DNA from: an uncultured Alphaproteobacteria bacterium
GTDB lineage: Bacteria; Pseudomonadota; Alphaproteobacteria; UBA6615
DNA: 64,000 nucleotides
Assembly: GCA_943787745.1 (NCBI GenBank)
Contig: CALSNJ010000005.1
Location: forward strand, 14,438-78,437
Reading direction: 5' to 3'
The notes under the pieces were generated by a model that searched no databases, was not told where the DNA came from, and worked only from the letters and a program-made list of their open reading frames with translations. Position numbers and translations under genes: made by a program. Position 1 is the stretch's first letter, and each line of letters opens with the position of its first letter. This document shows, one piece after another, positions 37,594-47,813 of the stretch.

Positions 37594-38515
37594 AGCTGAA
37601 GCGCGCGAAGGCCATCTTCCAGGGCAATGCGCGGCGACCACCCGGGAAGCGGCGCGCCTTCCCATGGGATCATGACTTCTCCCGGACGATGCGGCATTGA
37701 ACCCCACTCAATTGTGGCATTGGACCCGGTGGCAGATATCCAGGTTTGGGCCAGTTCGCGCAGCGTGATGGCCGCGGGTGAGGGGAGCGTAAAACTGCTG
37801 CGCCCGGTCAGGTCCCCTGATGTGAGCAGGTTTCCGGCATGGATAAACCCGTCGATGATGTCGTCCACATGAACAGTGTGAAGTTTCTGGTCGCCCGGTG
37901 AGGCCTTCAGCGTCTGACCTTGTGCCGCAGTCTCGGCAAGGACGTTCAGAAACTTTCGACGCGGATCGCCGGGACCATAACTGTCATAAATTTTGAGTGT
38001 GATCGCATGCAGTCCCGTTGTGCGGGTATAGTAGTCGATCATCTCGTCCGCTGCTTGCTTGGTTGCCGCATACAACGTGTTTGGAGAAGGTGTGGGATCG
38101 CCCGACGGACTGCCGGCATGTTGCCAGGCGGTCCCTGCTGAAATGAGCGCCTTGCAGTCTGAGTTGTCGGGTCGCCTCGCAGAGTTTCGCGGTCATTTCG
38201 ACATTGTCGGAGATGAGTGTTGGGATGTCTTCGGGGCGGTGCTGCGCGATATATTTGGCCGCAAGATGGAACACGACATCAGGTTTGGCATGGGCCAGTG
38301 CTTCAGTCATGCCCTTGGCGCTGCCGTCTGTCGAAATGACGGATGTGTCCTTCTTCAATTGGCGTCACGGCCAGGTCGGACGAGGTGGTGCGAACCAGCG
38401 AAGATGTTCTGATGCCACACGATACAAGCCGTGCGCACAGATGCCCGCCCAGGAAGCCCGTCGCGCCGGTCACAAGAGCGGATGAAAAACGTGGTGCTGT
38501 CCGGTTGTCGCTCAT
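37590..38515 (-). pseudogene. NAD-dependent epimerase/dehydratase (SDR), two frameshifts near 38360 and 38145
   Basis: Three consecutive ORFs (38303..38515, 37984..38358, 37590..38075) in successive frames. They carry ALVTGATGFLGGHL, then PDVVFHLAA, then LYAATKQAADE (YxxxK). Confidence 0.7.
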
Positions 38516-39099
38516 GGCGTCAATGTCCGTGCCTGTGCGATGAACGCATCAACATTTTCGTAGAACAAATCCATGTGCTGATCGATTTTCGCGTCGGGCC
38601 AGTTCCACCATGCGATTTTCGTGAGAGCGGCCACCTGCGCATCTTCAAAGCGCATACGGCTTTGGCGCGCCGGAACGCCGGTGTTGACCGAAAACGGTGC
38701 GATATCTCGGGTCACAACAGCACCGGCACCGATGATCGCGCCATTCCCTATGGTGACACCGCTGAGAATCATGGCGCGTGCTCCGACCCACACGTCATGG
38801 CCGATTGTGATCGGCCCCCGGGTTATCGCATCCACGTTTTCGGATGGGGCAGCGCGCATGCTGCGAAATGGATAGGTGGATGGCAGGTCTGTCCGGTGAT
38901 CGGTACGGCAAAACACCAGAACTTCCGGCCCGAAAGAACAGTAATTGCCAACGGTTACCGGACAATCGGGCGAAAGACCGGCAAAGCTGTTGCGGTCCAG
39001 ACCGTATGTGCCTTTTCCCAGTGTGACATAGTCGGGGAGAACGCGCCGTCGCGGCGGCGCACCGAACAGACGTTTCAGGCTATGGCCGATGCCGCCCAT
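38512..39099 (-). CDS. hexapeptide-repeat (XAT/CatB-Vat-like) acetyltransferase, probable sugar O-acetyltransferase
   Basis: Left-handed beta-helix repeats ([33 protein letters not shown]) and an XAT-type C-terminus. Confidence 0.75.
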   Translation of the reverse strand: MGGIGHSLKRLFGAPPRRRVLPDYVTLGKGTYGLDRNSFAGLSPDCPVTVGNYCSFGPEVLVFCRTDHRTDLPSTYPFRSMRAAPSENVDAITRGPITIGHDVWVGARAMILSGVTIGNGAIIGAGAVVTRDIAPFSVNTGVPARQSRMRFEDAQVAALTKIAWWNWPDAKIDQHMDLFYENVDAFIAQARTLTP

Positions 39100-39101
39100 G
39101 T

Positions 39102-39638
39102 TTAGCGGCCACCGTCAAAATCGGGATACGCGGCGTCACGTGGGGCGATTGTTGCGGGTGTGACCGGCCAATGGATTCCGAAGGCGGGGTCATCCCATCG
39201 CACGCCGCGCGCGAGATCGGGGACATACCGTGCGCCCATCAGATACTGAACGTCGCTGTCGTCCTCGAGCGTGATGAAGCCGTGCGCACAGCCAGCAGGG
39301 ACCACCAGCGCGTTTTGTTCTTCCGGGGACAACTCTGCGGAAACCCACTGGCAAAATGTATCTGAGCCCGGCCGCAGGTCGACAGCCACATCGAATATGC
39401 GACCCCGCGTGCACCTTACGATCTTGGGGTCGGGTTGAGGTTCCCCCTGATAGTGCATCCCGCGCAGCGTTCCGCGGGTCTTGTTGCGAGAGATGTTCAT
39501 CTGCACCGGGTCGAAGTTCAGTCCGGCTGCGCCAAACTCATCTGCGCAATAACTGCGTGCGAAGTCACCGCGATCATCTGCAATCGGTTCGGTTTCCAGC
39601 ATCAGGACACCTTCGATGGCCGTCGCGGTAAATTTCAT
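39102..39638 (-). CDS. rfbC: NDP-4-dehydro-6-deoxyhexose 3,5-epimerase (RfbC/RmlC cupin)
   Basis: ATG at 39636-39638 ([14 protein letters not shown]). Motifs RGMHYQ and the FVPAG-like [10 protein letters not shown]. Confidence 0.8.
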   Translation of the reverse strand: MKFTATAIEGVLMLETEPIADDRGDFARSYCADEFGAAGLNFDPVQMNISRNKTRGTLRGMHYQGEPQPDPKIVRCTRGRIFDVAVDLRPGSDTFCQWVSAELSPEEQNALVVPAGCAHGFITLEDDSDVQYLMGARYVPDLARGVRWDDPAFGIHWPVTPATIAPRDAAYPDFDGGR

Positions 39639-40870
39639 GGCAGGATCGTCAACTCGGGAACCGCGATGACAAAATCGCCATCCCAGTCGCGAACATAGGC
39701 GTGGTCCGAAGTGATTTCGGTTTTGAGATTCCACGGCAGGATCAAAACGTGGTCGGGCTTGGCCTCTTTCAGGTGTTCGGGCGCCATGATCGGAATGCGG
39801 CTTCCCGGTAGCAGATGGTCCTGCTTGTGGGGACTGACATCTGCCACAAAGGATATCTGGTTCGCGGTTACACCGCAGAAGTTCAATAGCGTGTTTCCCT
39901 TGGCCGCTGCCCCATAAGCTGCGACCTGTTGCCCGTTATCGGCAGCTAGTTTCAGGAATTTCTGCAAGCCTTCGCGCACGGCCTCAACGCGTGGCTGGAA
40001 GCTTGTGTAAATGTCGACTTTATCGAGCTGGGCCTGGCTTTCTGATGCCCGGACACTTTTCAGACCATCGCTTTCCCCGCGATCGGGTCCGTCAGACCGG
40101 CCAGCGAAGATGCGTAGGCTGCCGCCATGTGTCGGCAGTTCCTCGACGTCGAAAAGCTTTAATCCATGGCGTGCAAAAACACGCTCGACGACCAGCAGAG
40201 AGAAATACGAATAGTGTTCGTGATAGATCGTGTCGAACTGCACATCTTCGATCAGCCGGAGAAGGTGCGGGAACTCCATGGTCAGGACGCCGTCCTTGGC
40301 GAGCAGGATCGACAGGCCTTCCACAAAATCATTCAAATCGGGGACATGGGCCAGCACGTTGTTGCCGGCCAACAGGTCGGCATGGATGCCTTCATCCCGC
40401 AGGGATTTGGCGAACCCGGCTCCGAAAAAAGCTGTGCGTGTCGGAACGCCTCTGGCTTCGGCTGCTTCTGCAACATTGGCTGCCGGTTCGATGCCCAGCA
40501 CAGGAATATTCTGATTGGCAAAATGCTGGAGGAGATACCCGTCATTGCTCGCAACTTCGACGACCGAGCTTTTGCTGTTCAATTCGAACCGCGCGATGGC
40601 CATATCGGCGTATTTGCGGGCGTGCTCGACCCAACTCTGCGCATAGGAGGAGAAGTAGGCGTAGTCGGAAAAAATGTCTTCGGCCGGTACAACGTCTTCG
40701 ACCTGAACCAGCAGGCATTCACCACACACGCGCGCATGCAGGGGATAGGAAGGGTCCTCGGTCAGCGTGGTGTCGGGTGCGACGTAGCTGTTGGCCAGAG
40801 GTGTGCGGCCAAGATCCGCAAAAGTATGGGTCAGTTCGGTGCCGCAGAACCTGCAGTTGGGATTGTTCAT
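39635..40870 (-). CDS. NDP-hexose C-methyltransferase (TylCIII-like, Zn-ribbon + SAM MTase + C-terminal domain)
   Basis: N-terminal CRFCGTELTHTFADLGRTPLANSY zinc-binding motif. SAM-binding VVEVASNDG. Length 411 aa. Confidence 0.7.
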   Translation of the reverse strand: MNNPNCRFCGTELTHTFADLGRTPLANSYVAPDTTLTEDPSYPLHARVCGECLLVQVEDVVPAEDIFSDYAYFSSYAQSWVEHARKYADMAIARFELNSKSSVVEVASNDGYLLQHFANQNIPVLGIEPAANVAEAAEARGVPTRTAFFGAGFAKSLRDEGIHADLLAGNNVLAHVPDLNDFVEGLSILLAKDGVLTMEFPHLLRLIEDVQFDTIYHEHYSYFSLLVVERVFARHGLKLFDVEELPTHGGSLRIFAGRSDGPDRGESDGLKSVRASESQAQLDKVDIYTSFQPRVEAVREGLQKFLKLAADNGQQVAAYGAAAKGNTLLNFCGVTANQISFVADVSPHKQDHLLPGSRIPIMAPEHLKEAKPDHVLILPWNLKTEITSDHAYVRDWDGDFVIAVPELTILP

Positions 40871-41967
40871 ATCTGTGATGCCGGCGTCAGGTCAGAGAAA
40901 CGGGAGATTTGCTCACTTACGAGTTCCCGTGCAGGTTTACCGCCCATCAGGCCTGCGTGCCAGTCTGCGGTCCAGTCGATGGCTTCTTCCTGCGTCAGGC
41001 AGGGCTCCCAGCCAAGTGTCTTTGTCGCGAGGCTCGCGTCGAGTGCGAGGTGCGCGGCTTCGCTGGGCCCGGTGCCTGGCACGCCATCCCAGTTTTCGGC
41101 TTCTATGCCGGCAGCGCGAACGCGGTCCAGCGCGCGCTCCACCAGCCATTGGACCGGTTTTGCTTCGGTTGTGCGTGGCCCGAAGTTGAGTGTTTTGGGT
41201 TTTTCTCTCTCAGAGTCCCCTGACAGCACCTCGATATAGGCCAGGTATCCGGCAAGGACGTCGAGAACATGCTGCCATGGCCGGGTCGCGGCAGGATTGC
41301 GAACCTCCAGCACCGTGCCGTTCTCAATGGCCCGAAACAGATCGGGCAGAATCCTGTCTTCCGACCAATCGCCACCGCCAATGACGTTGCCCGCGCGCGC
41401 TGTTCCCAGCCGGGCCGAGCCGTCACGATTTTCAAGCAATCCACGTCGCCAACCGATGGCGATTGTCTCCTGTGCGGCCTTGGAGCCGCTATAGGGGTCG
41501 TTGCCCCCCAAGGGGTCGCTCTCGATGAAGGGGCGACCGGAATTGTCGTTGCGATAGCATTTGTCGCTCGTGATCACGAGGATTGCGCTTAGGTCCTGGC
41601 AGGGCTCCAGCATCTCAAGCAGGTTGCCCGTGCCCTGTACGTTCGTGGCGTACGTGCCATGCGGATCGACAAAGCTGCGCCGGACAAGCGACTGCGCGGC
41701 CATATGGATGACAACTTCGGGGTTGGTATCAGCACATGCCGTCCGGAGGGCGTCCCGGTCCCGCACATCACCAATGATCGACCTGACCGATGACAATTTT
41801 CCCAAATCGCGGAACAGGTTTGCGCCGGGGTCTGGTTCAAGTGCGAATCCGGTGACATCAGCACCCATTTCCTCTAGCCAGGCGCACATCCATGCCCCCT
41901 TGAAGCCGGTATGCCCGGTCAAAAGAACGCGGCGATTGCGCCAGAATTCGATATTGGGTGCGGTCAT
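40867..41967 (-). CDS. rfbG: CDP-glucose 4,6-dehydratase-like enzyme
   Basis: ATG at 41965-41967. FWRNRRVLLTGHTGFKGAWMCAWLEEMGADVTGFAL is the typical RfbG N-terminus. YSGSKAAQE (YxxxK). Confidence 0.8.
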   Translation of the reverse strand: MTAPNIEFWRNRRVLLTGHTGFKGAWMCAWLEEMGADVTGFALEPDPGANLFRDLGKLSSVRSIIGDVRDRDALRTACADTNPEVVIHMAAQSLVRRSFVDPHGTYATNVQGTGNLLEMLEPCQDLSAILVITSDKCYRNDNSGRPFIESDPLGGNDPYSGSKAAQETIAIGWRRGLLENRDGSARLGTARAGNVIGGGDWSEDRILPDLFRAIENGTVLEVRNPAATRPWQHVLDVLAGYLAYIEVLSGDSEREKPKTLNFGPRTTEAKPVQWLVERALDRVRAAGIEAENWDGVPGTGPSEAAHLALDASLATKTLGWEPCLTQEEAIDWTADWHAGLMGGKPARELVSEQISRFSDLTPASQI

Positions 41968-42998
41968 GGCGTGCGTTGGTCCAGCGGTAAGGGGCGTGCG
42001 CGACGTGTCGTGCGTGATGCCGGTATACCCAACAAATACCCCAATGTTCCACACAAGCGTGCCAAATCGCGCCACGTCTTGCTGCGGTCAACGCGCAGGA
42101 TATTGCCGAGTGCCTTCAAGGCGTAGTGGCCGATGAGGGACCAGGCGAGACGATTTCGTGCGCCGGCACCGCGGCACTTGTCTTCGAGATAAAGCCGGGA
42201 CCAGGCCATGTGCCAGAATTTTTCCCACCGGTAATGTGCGCTGGGGCGGACGGACCCGCCCCCGGCATGGCGGACAACGGCACCGGGGACCAGTATTGCA
42301 CTATGTCCCGCGGCGCGCAGGCGCATGCAGAAATCATCATCTTCATAGTAGAGGAATATAGCCTCATCGAACGGGCCGATTTCCTCCAGAGCCGACATGC
42401 GGAGAAGAACCACCGCGCCGGAGAGATAGGCTGCGCAAACCGGACCGTCAGGTGGCGTCTCGTGTGTGCGGGACGGGTAGTTTCTTCGCGCAAACATCTC
42501 CACATCATGAGCCGGCTCGTCAGCACCCGCAGCATCCAGCACCCGCGGAGAGAGTAGAGCCGCATCCGGGTATTGGTCGGCGGCCTCGAGAAGCTTGGCG
42601 ATGGCATCCGTGTTGGTCTGTGAGTCCGGGTTGGCCAGAAGCGCAAACTCCCGGCTGACCTCGGATAGACCCTGGTTGGCGCCCGCGCCGTATCCGACAC
42701 CCGTTTTGTTGCGGCGGATTTTTGCGCGGGGCGTGATCCCCGTGACGATGTCCAGAGTGTCGTCATCGCTGGCATTGTCGACGAGGATAACCTCGGCCGA
42801 CGCACCGATTTCGGCGAGACACGCGGCAATGACGGCCGCGCTGTGATGGGTCACCACGACAACAGAAACCCGGCTCCAGGGATTTGGAGAAGGCTCAGAG
42901 TGAGGGGTGTCTATGTTGGCTGCTGTCGGCACGCCTTTGGGTGTCCTGCTGGTGTCATTTATGGCGGGATTTTGGCCTTCGGACCCGCGCCGGGACAA
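41964..42998 (-). CDS. glycosyltransferase family 2 (rhamnosyltransferase-like)
   Basis: Motifs VSVVVVTHHSAAVI, VDNASDD and YYEDDDF. The start is uncertain: the ORF-track start is TTG and there is no nearby ATG. Confidence 0.7.
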   Translation of the reverse strand: MSRRGSEGQNPAINDTSRTPKGVPTAANIDTPHSEPSPNPWSRVSVVVVTHHSAAVIAACLAEIGASAEVILVDNASDDDTLDIVTGITPRAKIRRNKTGVGYGAGANQGLSEVSREFALLANPDSQTNTDAIAKLLEAADQYPDAALLSPRVLDAAGADEPAHDVEMFARRNYPSRTHETPPDGPVCAAYLSGAVVLLRMSALEEIGPFDEAIFLYYEDDDFCMRLRAAGHSAILVPGAVVRHAGGGSVRPSAHYRWEKFWHMAWSRLYLEDKCRGAGARNRLAWSLIGHYALKALGNILRVDRSKTWRDLARLCGTLGYLLGIPASRTTRRARPLPLDQRTP

Positions 42999-43007
42999 GC
43001 ATGCCGG

Positions 43008-43877
43008 CTAGCTGGTGATCAGTTCTTTGGCTGTTTTGAACAAGGCGCCGTCAGGATCTGCGAGGGTTTCGAGGACGCTGAAGTGATTTGTACCGAAAAC
43101 GCTGTTGATCCGCACGTTTGTGCCCTGACGGCGGCAATGTGCAGCAAATTCCTCGGCCTGACGGTGAAACTCCCTGCCTTCATGTGCGCCAAGGCTGATC
43201 ACTGTGTCTGCCTTGGCCCATGGCTGATTGAACATTGGACTGAGCATCGCCGCTGTTGCGGCATCGAGTCCGAGGGGGTCGCCAATGGGCGTATGACGAA
43301 TGGGTTCAAGATCGAACACACCGCTAATGGGCATGCCGCGATGCACCAAATTGCTGGGCAGATCATCGCCAAAAGAGGCCCAGTCTGTCGTCAGCACGAC
43401 ACCGGTGAGATGTCCCCCGGCCGAGTGTCCGCAGACCATGATGTGATCCCGGTTGAAGCCAAGCTCTTCACCATTGCGCCAGAGATGGGCAAAGGCGCGG
43501 CGAATCTGGTCGACGAGCTGCTCAAGCGTGACCGAGGGACAAAGAGCGTACTCGATATTGGCAAAACCAATTCCCGCCTCAACAAAGGAGTCCGCGAGGA
43601 AAGCGTAATCCTTCTTCTCGTTCCACTGCCAGTAGCCGCCATGGATAAACGCGAAGAGCGGTGGGTTTTCGTTTTCTGGCAGGAACAGGTCGAATGTTTC
43701 GCGCGGGCCGTCGCCGTATCTGAGGTCGATTGACGCTTCGCTGTATTTTGCACGGACTGCATCGCTGCGCGTTGTCCAGTCAGCAGCAAAATCTTCGTAG
43801 TCATGAACCTTGCCGCGATTGTTGTACTCGGCATACAGGGTGTCGGCTTCGTAATCGAGATAGACAGTGTCGCGCAT
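43008..43877 (-). CDS. alpha/beta hydrolase (arylformamidase/esterase-like)
   Basis: FIHGGYWQ oxyanion motif and GHSAGGHL nucleophile elbow. Confidence 0.75.
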   Translation of the reverse strand: MRDTVYLDYEADTLYAEYNNRGKVHDYEDFAADWTTRSDAVRAKYSEASIDLRYGDGPRETFDLFLPENENPPLFAFIHGGYWQWNEKKDYAFLADSFVEAGIGFANIEYALCPSVTLEQLVDQIRRAFAHLWRNGEELGFNRDHIMVCGHSAGGHLTGVVLTTDWASFGDDLPSNLVHRGMPISGVFDLEPIRHTPIGDPLGLDAATAAMLSPMFNQPWAKADTVISLGAHEGREFHRQAEEFAAHCRRQGTNVRINSVFGTNHFSVLETLADPDGALFKTAKELITS

Positions 43878-43899
43878 GGTTACGTCCTCTGTTTTGTGG

Positions 43900-44787
43900 T
43901 CAGCGTTCAATGCCACCTATTGTCTCATAGAGACGGCACAGGGCGGCAGTGTCTATATCGTACATGCCCATGCCTACGGCTGCATGGTGCATTTGCAGAG
44001 CCGTCTGGAAGATGGGGGCGGGGAAGTGCATGTCCTGCGCGAATTCCCCGATAACCGGCCCGTCCTTGGAGGCCATTCCGAAATTTCCGCGTGAGGAGGT
44101 GTAGTCCTCGCTCACCATCATCGGGCCGCGGATTTCCCAAAGCACGGAATTTGCCGCGCTGTCCTTCACCAGGTCGAAAACATCATCCGCCGCGAGACCG
44201 GCCTTAAGGCCCATCGCCATGGCTTCGGCATTGGCTGCTGTCATCACGCAGACGAGGTGGTTGATCACGAACTTGATCTTGCTGGCATTTCCGAACGGCC
44301 CGACAAAGCTGTGCTTTCGGGTGAAGGCCGAGATGACGTCGGCATGGGGTGCAAAGGCGGCTTCATCGCCGCTCATATAGGCCGTGAGTGTCTTGGCCAG
44401 GATCATATCCCGGTTGCCGCTGACTGTACCGTCGATCAGGGTCATGCTCGAATCTGCAACAATGCGCGCGCCGTCTTCTTTCACGGCGATGGGCATCGTG
44501 CAGGTGTCGATAACGACAAGACCGGCCTTGCCTGAGGATGTGACGCTGCCCTGACCACTGATCACATCCTGAAAAACCTCAATGGATGGCAGGGAGAGCA
44601 AAACCACATCGGATTGTTCGGCAACGTCGCGGGGGCTGCCGGCGCGTTTACCACCATTGGATTCAAGTTCATCGAGAGCGGCGGCACGCACGTCAAACCC
44701 GACAACTTCAAACCCCGCTTTGACCAGCATGATCGCGAAAGCTGATCCCATTGCACCAAGGCCCACAACACCCACAATCTTCGACAT
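43900..44787 (-). CDS. NAD-binding 3-hydroxyisobutyrate/6-phosphogluconate dehydrogenase-like oxidoreductase
   Basis: ATG at 44785-44787 (MSKIVGVVGLGAMGSAFA). Confidence 0.8.
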   Translation of the reverse strand: MSKIVGVVGLGAMGSAFAIMLVKAGFEVVGFDVRAAALDELESNGGKRAGSPRDVAEQSDVVLLSLPSIEVFQDVISGQGSVTSSGKAGLVVIDTCTMPIAVKEDGARIVADSSMTLIDGTVSGNRDMILAKTLTAYMSGDEAAFAPHADVISAFTRKHSFVGPFGNASKIKFVINHLVCVMTAANAEAMAMGLKAGLAADDVFDLVKDSAANSVLWEIRGPMMVSEDYTSSRGNFGMASKDGPVIGEFAQDMHFPAPIFQTALQMHHAAVGMGMYDIDTAALCRLYETIGGIER

Positions 44788-44987
44788 TATTTTCTCCACG
44801 TCTCGCGTTTCTGAATTGGCTTGAAGCCTCTCGGGCACCCTATGTCACCGGCTGGGGAGCACTCTCGTGGCCATGTGGGGGGTCTCATATTGTGAGATTT
44901 AGAATTTTGGCTATTTGGTCAAGCTGGCGAGATGACTGAAGGTGTGCGCAATCGATCAAGACGATCGGGCTGCTCCAGGAGAAACCC

Positions 44988-46013
44988 ATGACCACCGAAC
45001 GCCCCTTTCGCATTGCCAGTCACGACGAATTTCCCATCCTTGATGTTGGTCCCTATCTCGCGGGAAAAGACGGTGCGCTGGAAGCTCTGGCGTTCCAAGT
45101 GCGAGATGCGCTCGAACGCGTGGGGTTCATGATGTGGATCAACCATGATCTTGATCAGGATACCATCACGTCTGCGTTTGCCGGGTCAAAGCAGTTTCAC
45201 GACCTGCCCCATGACGAGAAAATGAAGTTGAAGGTCGATGAGCACCAAAGCGGCTATGTCCCGATGGGGCTGTCGTTGAACAAGAACAGTTCTGTCGATG
45301 GCACGAAGGGCCTGAAAACCAATGCGATGGAGAATTTGACCTACTATCAGGATCGTGCGCCCGACGACCCTAAAGTTCTGTCGGGGGAGAGATTCCGCAG
45401 TATGAACCGTTGGCCCGACCCGGCGATTGCCCCGGGCTTCCGGGAATCCCAGATGAATTTTCACAGCATGATGACCGAACTTGGCTATCGAATGTTGCCC
45501 GTGATAGCGCGTGCGCTTGAGATGCCGGCCGACTATTTCGATGACTATTTCAAGGACCCCTCTGTGGTCGTCCGGATGGTCAAGTATCCAGCCATGGGGG
45601 ACCTTCGTGACGATCAGTTTGGTTCCGCCTCGCACACGGATGCTGGATTTATGACTATGTTGCCCCAGAGCAATCAACCTGGACTGCAGATCAAAACCCC
45701 CGATGGTGAGTGGGTCGACCATCCGACCATGGAGAAGGGGGTTATCGTCAATTCGGGCAATATGTTGCGGCGCTGGTCGAATGATCGCTTTCTGGCCTCG
45801 CCCCATCGGGTGACCGCGGCAACAGACGCAGATCGCTATTCGTTGGCCTTTTTCTTCAATCCCGATCTTGATGACGTGATTGTTCCGGTCGAAAGCTGCT
45901 GTACCGAAGAAAACCCCCGCAAATATGAGCCGTTGGAATACGGAAACTACTTCGCAGACTATCTTGCCGGGGCGTACAGCAATCAAAAGGGTGCTGCGCA
46001 GGCAGCGGAGTAG
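44988..46013 (+). CDS. 2-oxoglutarate/Fe(II)-dependent oxygenase (isopenicillin N synthase family)
   Basis: HTD facial-triad motif (SASHTDAGF), a distal His (SPHRV) and RYS. Confidence 0.8.
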   Translation: MTTERPFRIASHDEFPILDVGPYLAGKDGALEALAFQVRDALERVGFMMWINHDLDQDTITSAFAGSKQFHDLPHDEKMKLKVDEHQSGYVPMGLSLNKNSSVDGTKGLKTNAMENLTYYQDRAPDDPKVLSGERFRSMNRWPDPAIAPGFRESQMNFHSMMTELGYRMLPVIARALEMPADYFDDYFKDPSVVVRMVKYPAMGDLRDDQFGSASHTDAGFMTMLPQSNQPGLQIKTPDGEWVDHPTMEKGVIVNSGNMLRRWSNDRFLASPHRVTAATDADRYSLAFFFNPDLDDVIVPVESCCTEENPRKYEPLEYGNYFADYLAGAYSNQKGAAQAAE

Positions 46014-46158
46014 CCGAAAAAAATCCGCAGATGCCTTCATTGCGCGGGTCTTTTTGAAATGACCGTCCTGAATCCGGGCTGAGCGCTCTGGCATTCGGTT
46101 CGGTGTCTCGGTAGTCTGCGCGCCTTATTCAAACAGCAGCAAACCGGGGTAATTCCAC

Positions 46159-46587
46159 ATGGCGAAAGTCACACTCGAACAGGCAAACACGATCATTGCA
46201 GCCGGACAGGCCAAGGGGCGTGAGATGGGCATTGGCCCGCTCACAATCGTTGTGCTCGACGACGGCGGCCATCTCGTCTCAATGCAGCGCGAAGATAAAA
46301 GCGGCATCCTTCGCTTTGAAATTGCCTTTGGTAAGGCGTGGGGCGGTCTCGCCATCGGGCGTTCCTCTCGGGCGAACGAAGCCGATATCCTGACCCGAGA
46401 GCATTTCGGTGTGGCGCTGGCCGCTGCATCCAACGGTCGGATTATTCCGGTCGCAGGTGGGGTGCTGATCATGGACAGCGACGGCAACGTTGCCGGTGCG
46501 GTCGGTGTGACGGGCGATTCGTCTGACAATGACGAAGCTTGCGCCGTCGCCGGTATTGACGCTGCGGGCCTGACCCCGAAGGTCTAG
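46159..46587 (+). CDS. GlcG/HbpS-like haem-binding protein (DUF336)
   Basis: 142 aa. Pattern LEQANTIIAAGQAKGREMG...VVLDDGGHL...GGV. Confidence 0.7.
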   Translation: MAKVTLEQANTIIAAGQAKGREMGIGPLTIVVLDDGGHLVSMQREDKSGILRFEIAFGKAWGGLAIGRSSRANEADILTREHFGVALAAASNGRIIPVAGGVLIMDSDGNVAGAVGVTGDSSDNDEACAVAGIDAAGLTPKV

Positions 46588-46605
46588 TTTTCTGTCGGTC
46601 GGTCG

Positions 46606-47805
46606 CTACACTTTTCTTGTGTGGCGGCCGGACCACAGGACGGCAAAGACAAAAATCGACACGGCGCAGATTGTCGTTACGGTTTGCATGATGCCAAGCG
46701 GCAACGATGACGTGTGGATCAAACTGGCAACAAAAAACGAAAGCACAAAGGCCCATCCCTGATGGAAAAAGCCGCCAAGCGCAGAAGCCGCGCCGGCAAA
46801 TGATGGCGGAACGGTGCTGAGCGCGAGTGCGTAGCAATTCGCGAAGACCAGTCCGGTTCCAAAATTTGAGATAAAGATCGACGCGACGATCAGCAGCGGG
46901 GTCGCAAGACCGCTTGTGGCCAGGAAGACCTGCATCAAGGCACCCGCGATGCCAAATATGTTCCCCGCCAGAATGATCATGTTGACCGGGATGCGTGTGA
47001 CGAGGCGACCGGACACAAAACTGGCGATGATGAAACCCGCCGGGATAAACATCACGTAAAGCCCGTAAAGTTGTGGCGAGACCCCCATCACACTGATCAG
47101 AACAATGGGCGATGCCGTGATGAAAACCTGGAACGTGCCGCTCTGGAAGCTGATCGTCAGGCTGTAGCCCATAAATTTGCGCTGTCGGAGCAGACTGATA
47201 TAGCCAACGAGGAGCGCGCTTGGCCGCAATGGGCGGCGGGTTTGGGGCGGAAGTGTTTCGCCAAGAATGCGGAAAGCGAAAAGCAGCACGAGTGCGCTCA
47301 TGACAGCCGTTGCGAAGAATGTCGAACGCCAGTCAAAGCTTTCCAGTAGCAAGCCCCCGAAAAATGGGGCCATAGCGGGTCCGACACCCAGGGCCATCGC
47401 GAGATAAGACATGGCGCGGGCAGCGCTTTTGCCTTCGCTGGTGTCCCTGATGATCGCGCGTCCCACAACGATGGTGGTGCAGGCTCCGGCTGCCTGAACG
47501 AACCGGGCCCCCATCAGCTGCCAGATGTCGTTGGAGAGGGCGCAGGCAATGCTTGCAAAGAAAAACAGGGTCAGCCCTGACAGTATAATCGGTCGTCGAC
47601 CGAATGCGTCTGACAATGGGCCTGCAATCAACTGCATCAATGCGAAGGCGCCAAGATAGGCCGGAATAATCAGCTGGACCTGACCTGAGGTGACCCCCAA
47701 ATCCAGCGCCATCTCGGGAACGGCGGGCAGATAGATGGTCAGCGCCAGCTGGCTGGCAAACATCATGGCGAACAGGGTTGAGATCGTGCGGAAGCCGGGA
47801 CCCAT
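46606..47805 (-). CDS. MFS transporter (Bcr/CflA-like)
   Basis: About 12 hydrophobic spans and the GPLSDAFGRRP motif. Confidence 0.8.
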   Translation of the reverse strand: MGPGFRTISTLFAMMFASQLALTIYLPAVPEMALDLGVTSGQVQLIIPAYLGAFALMQLIAGPLSDAFGRRPIILSGLTLFFFASIACALSNDIWQLMGARFVQAAGACTTIVVGRAIIRDTSEGKSAARAMSYLAMALGVGPAMAPFFGGLLLESFDWRSTFFATAVMSALVLLFAFRILGETLPPQTRRPLRPSALLVGYISLLRQRKFMGYSLTISFQSGTFQVFITASPIVLISVMGVSPQLYGLYVMFIPAGFIIASFVSGRLVTRIPVNMIILAGNIFGIAGALMQVFLATSGLATPLLIVASIFISNFGTGLVFANCYALALSTVPPSFAGAASALGGFFHQGWAFVLSFFVASLIHTSSLPLGIMQTVTTICAVSIFVFAVLWSGRHTRKV

Positions 47806-47813
47806 GACGCGGC

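Noticed and set aside
38512-39099. XAT-family acetyltransferase as a chloramphenicol or streptogramin resistance gene.
   Set aside because: It is embedded by 4-nt overlaps in a sugar-nucleotide operon. That context favours sugar O- or N-acetylation, and no resistance-island features are present.
46014-46060. A terminator after the 2OG oxygenase gene (aaaaaaatccgcag…tgcgcgggtcttttt).
   Set aside because: The arms pair poorly, with only 4-5 bp contiguous. This is too weak to call.
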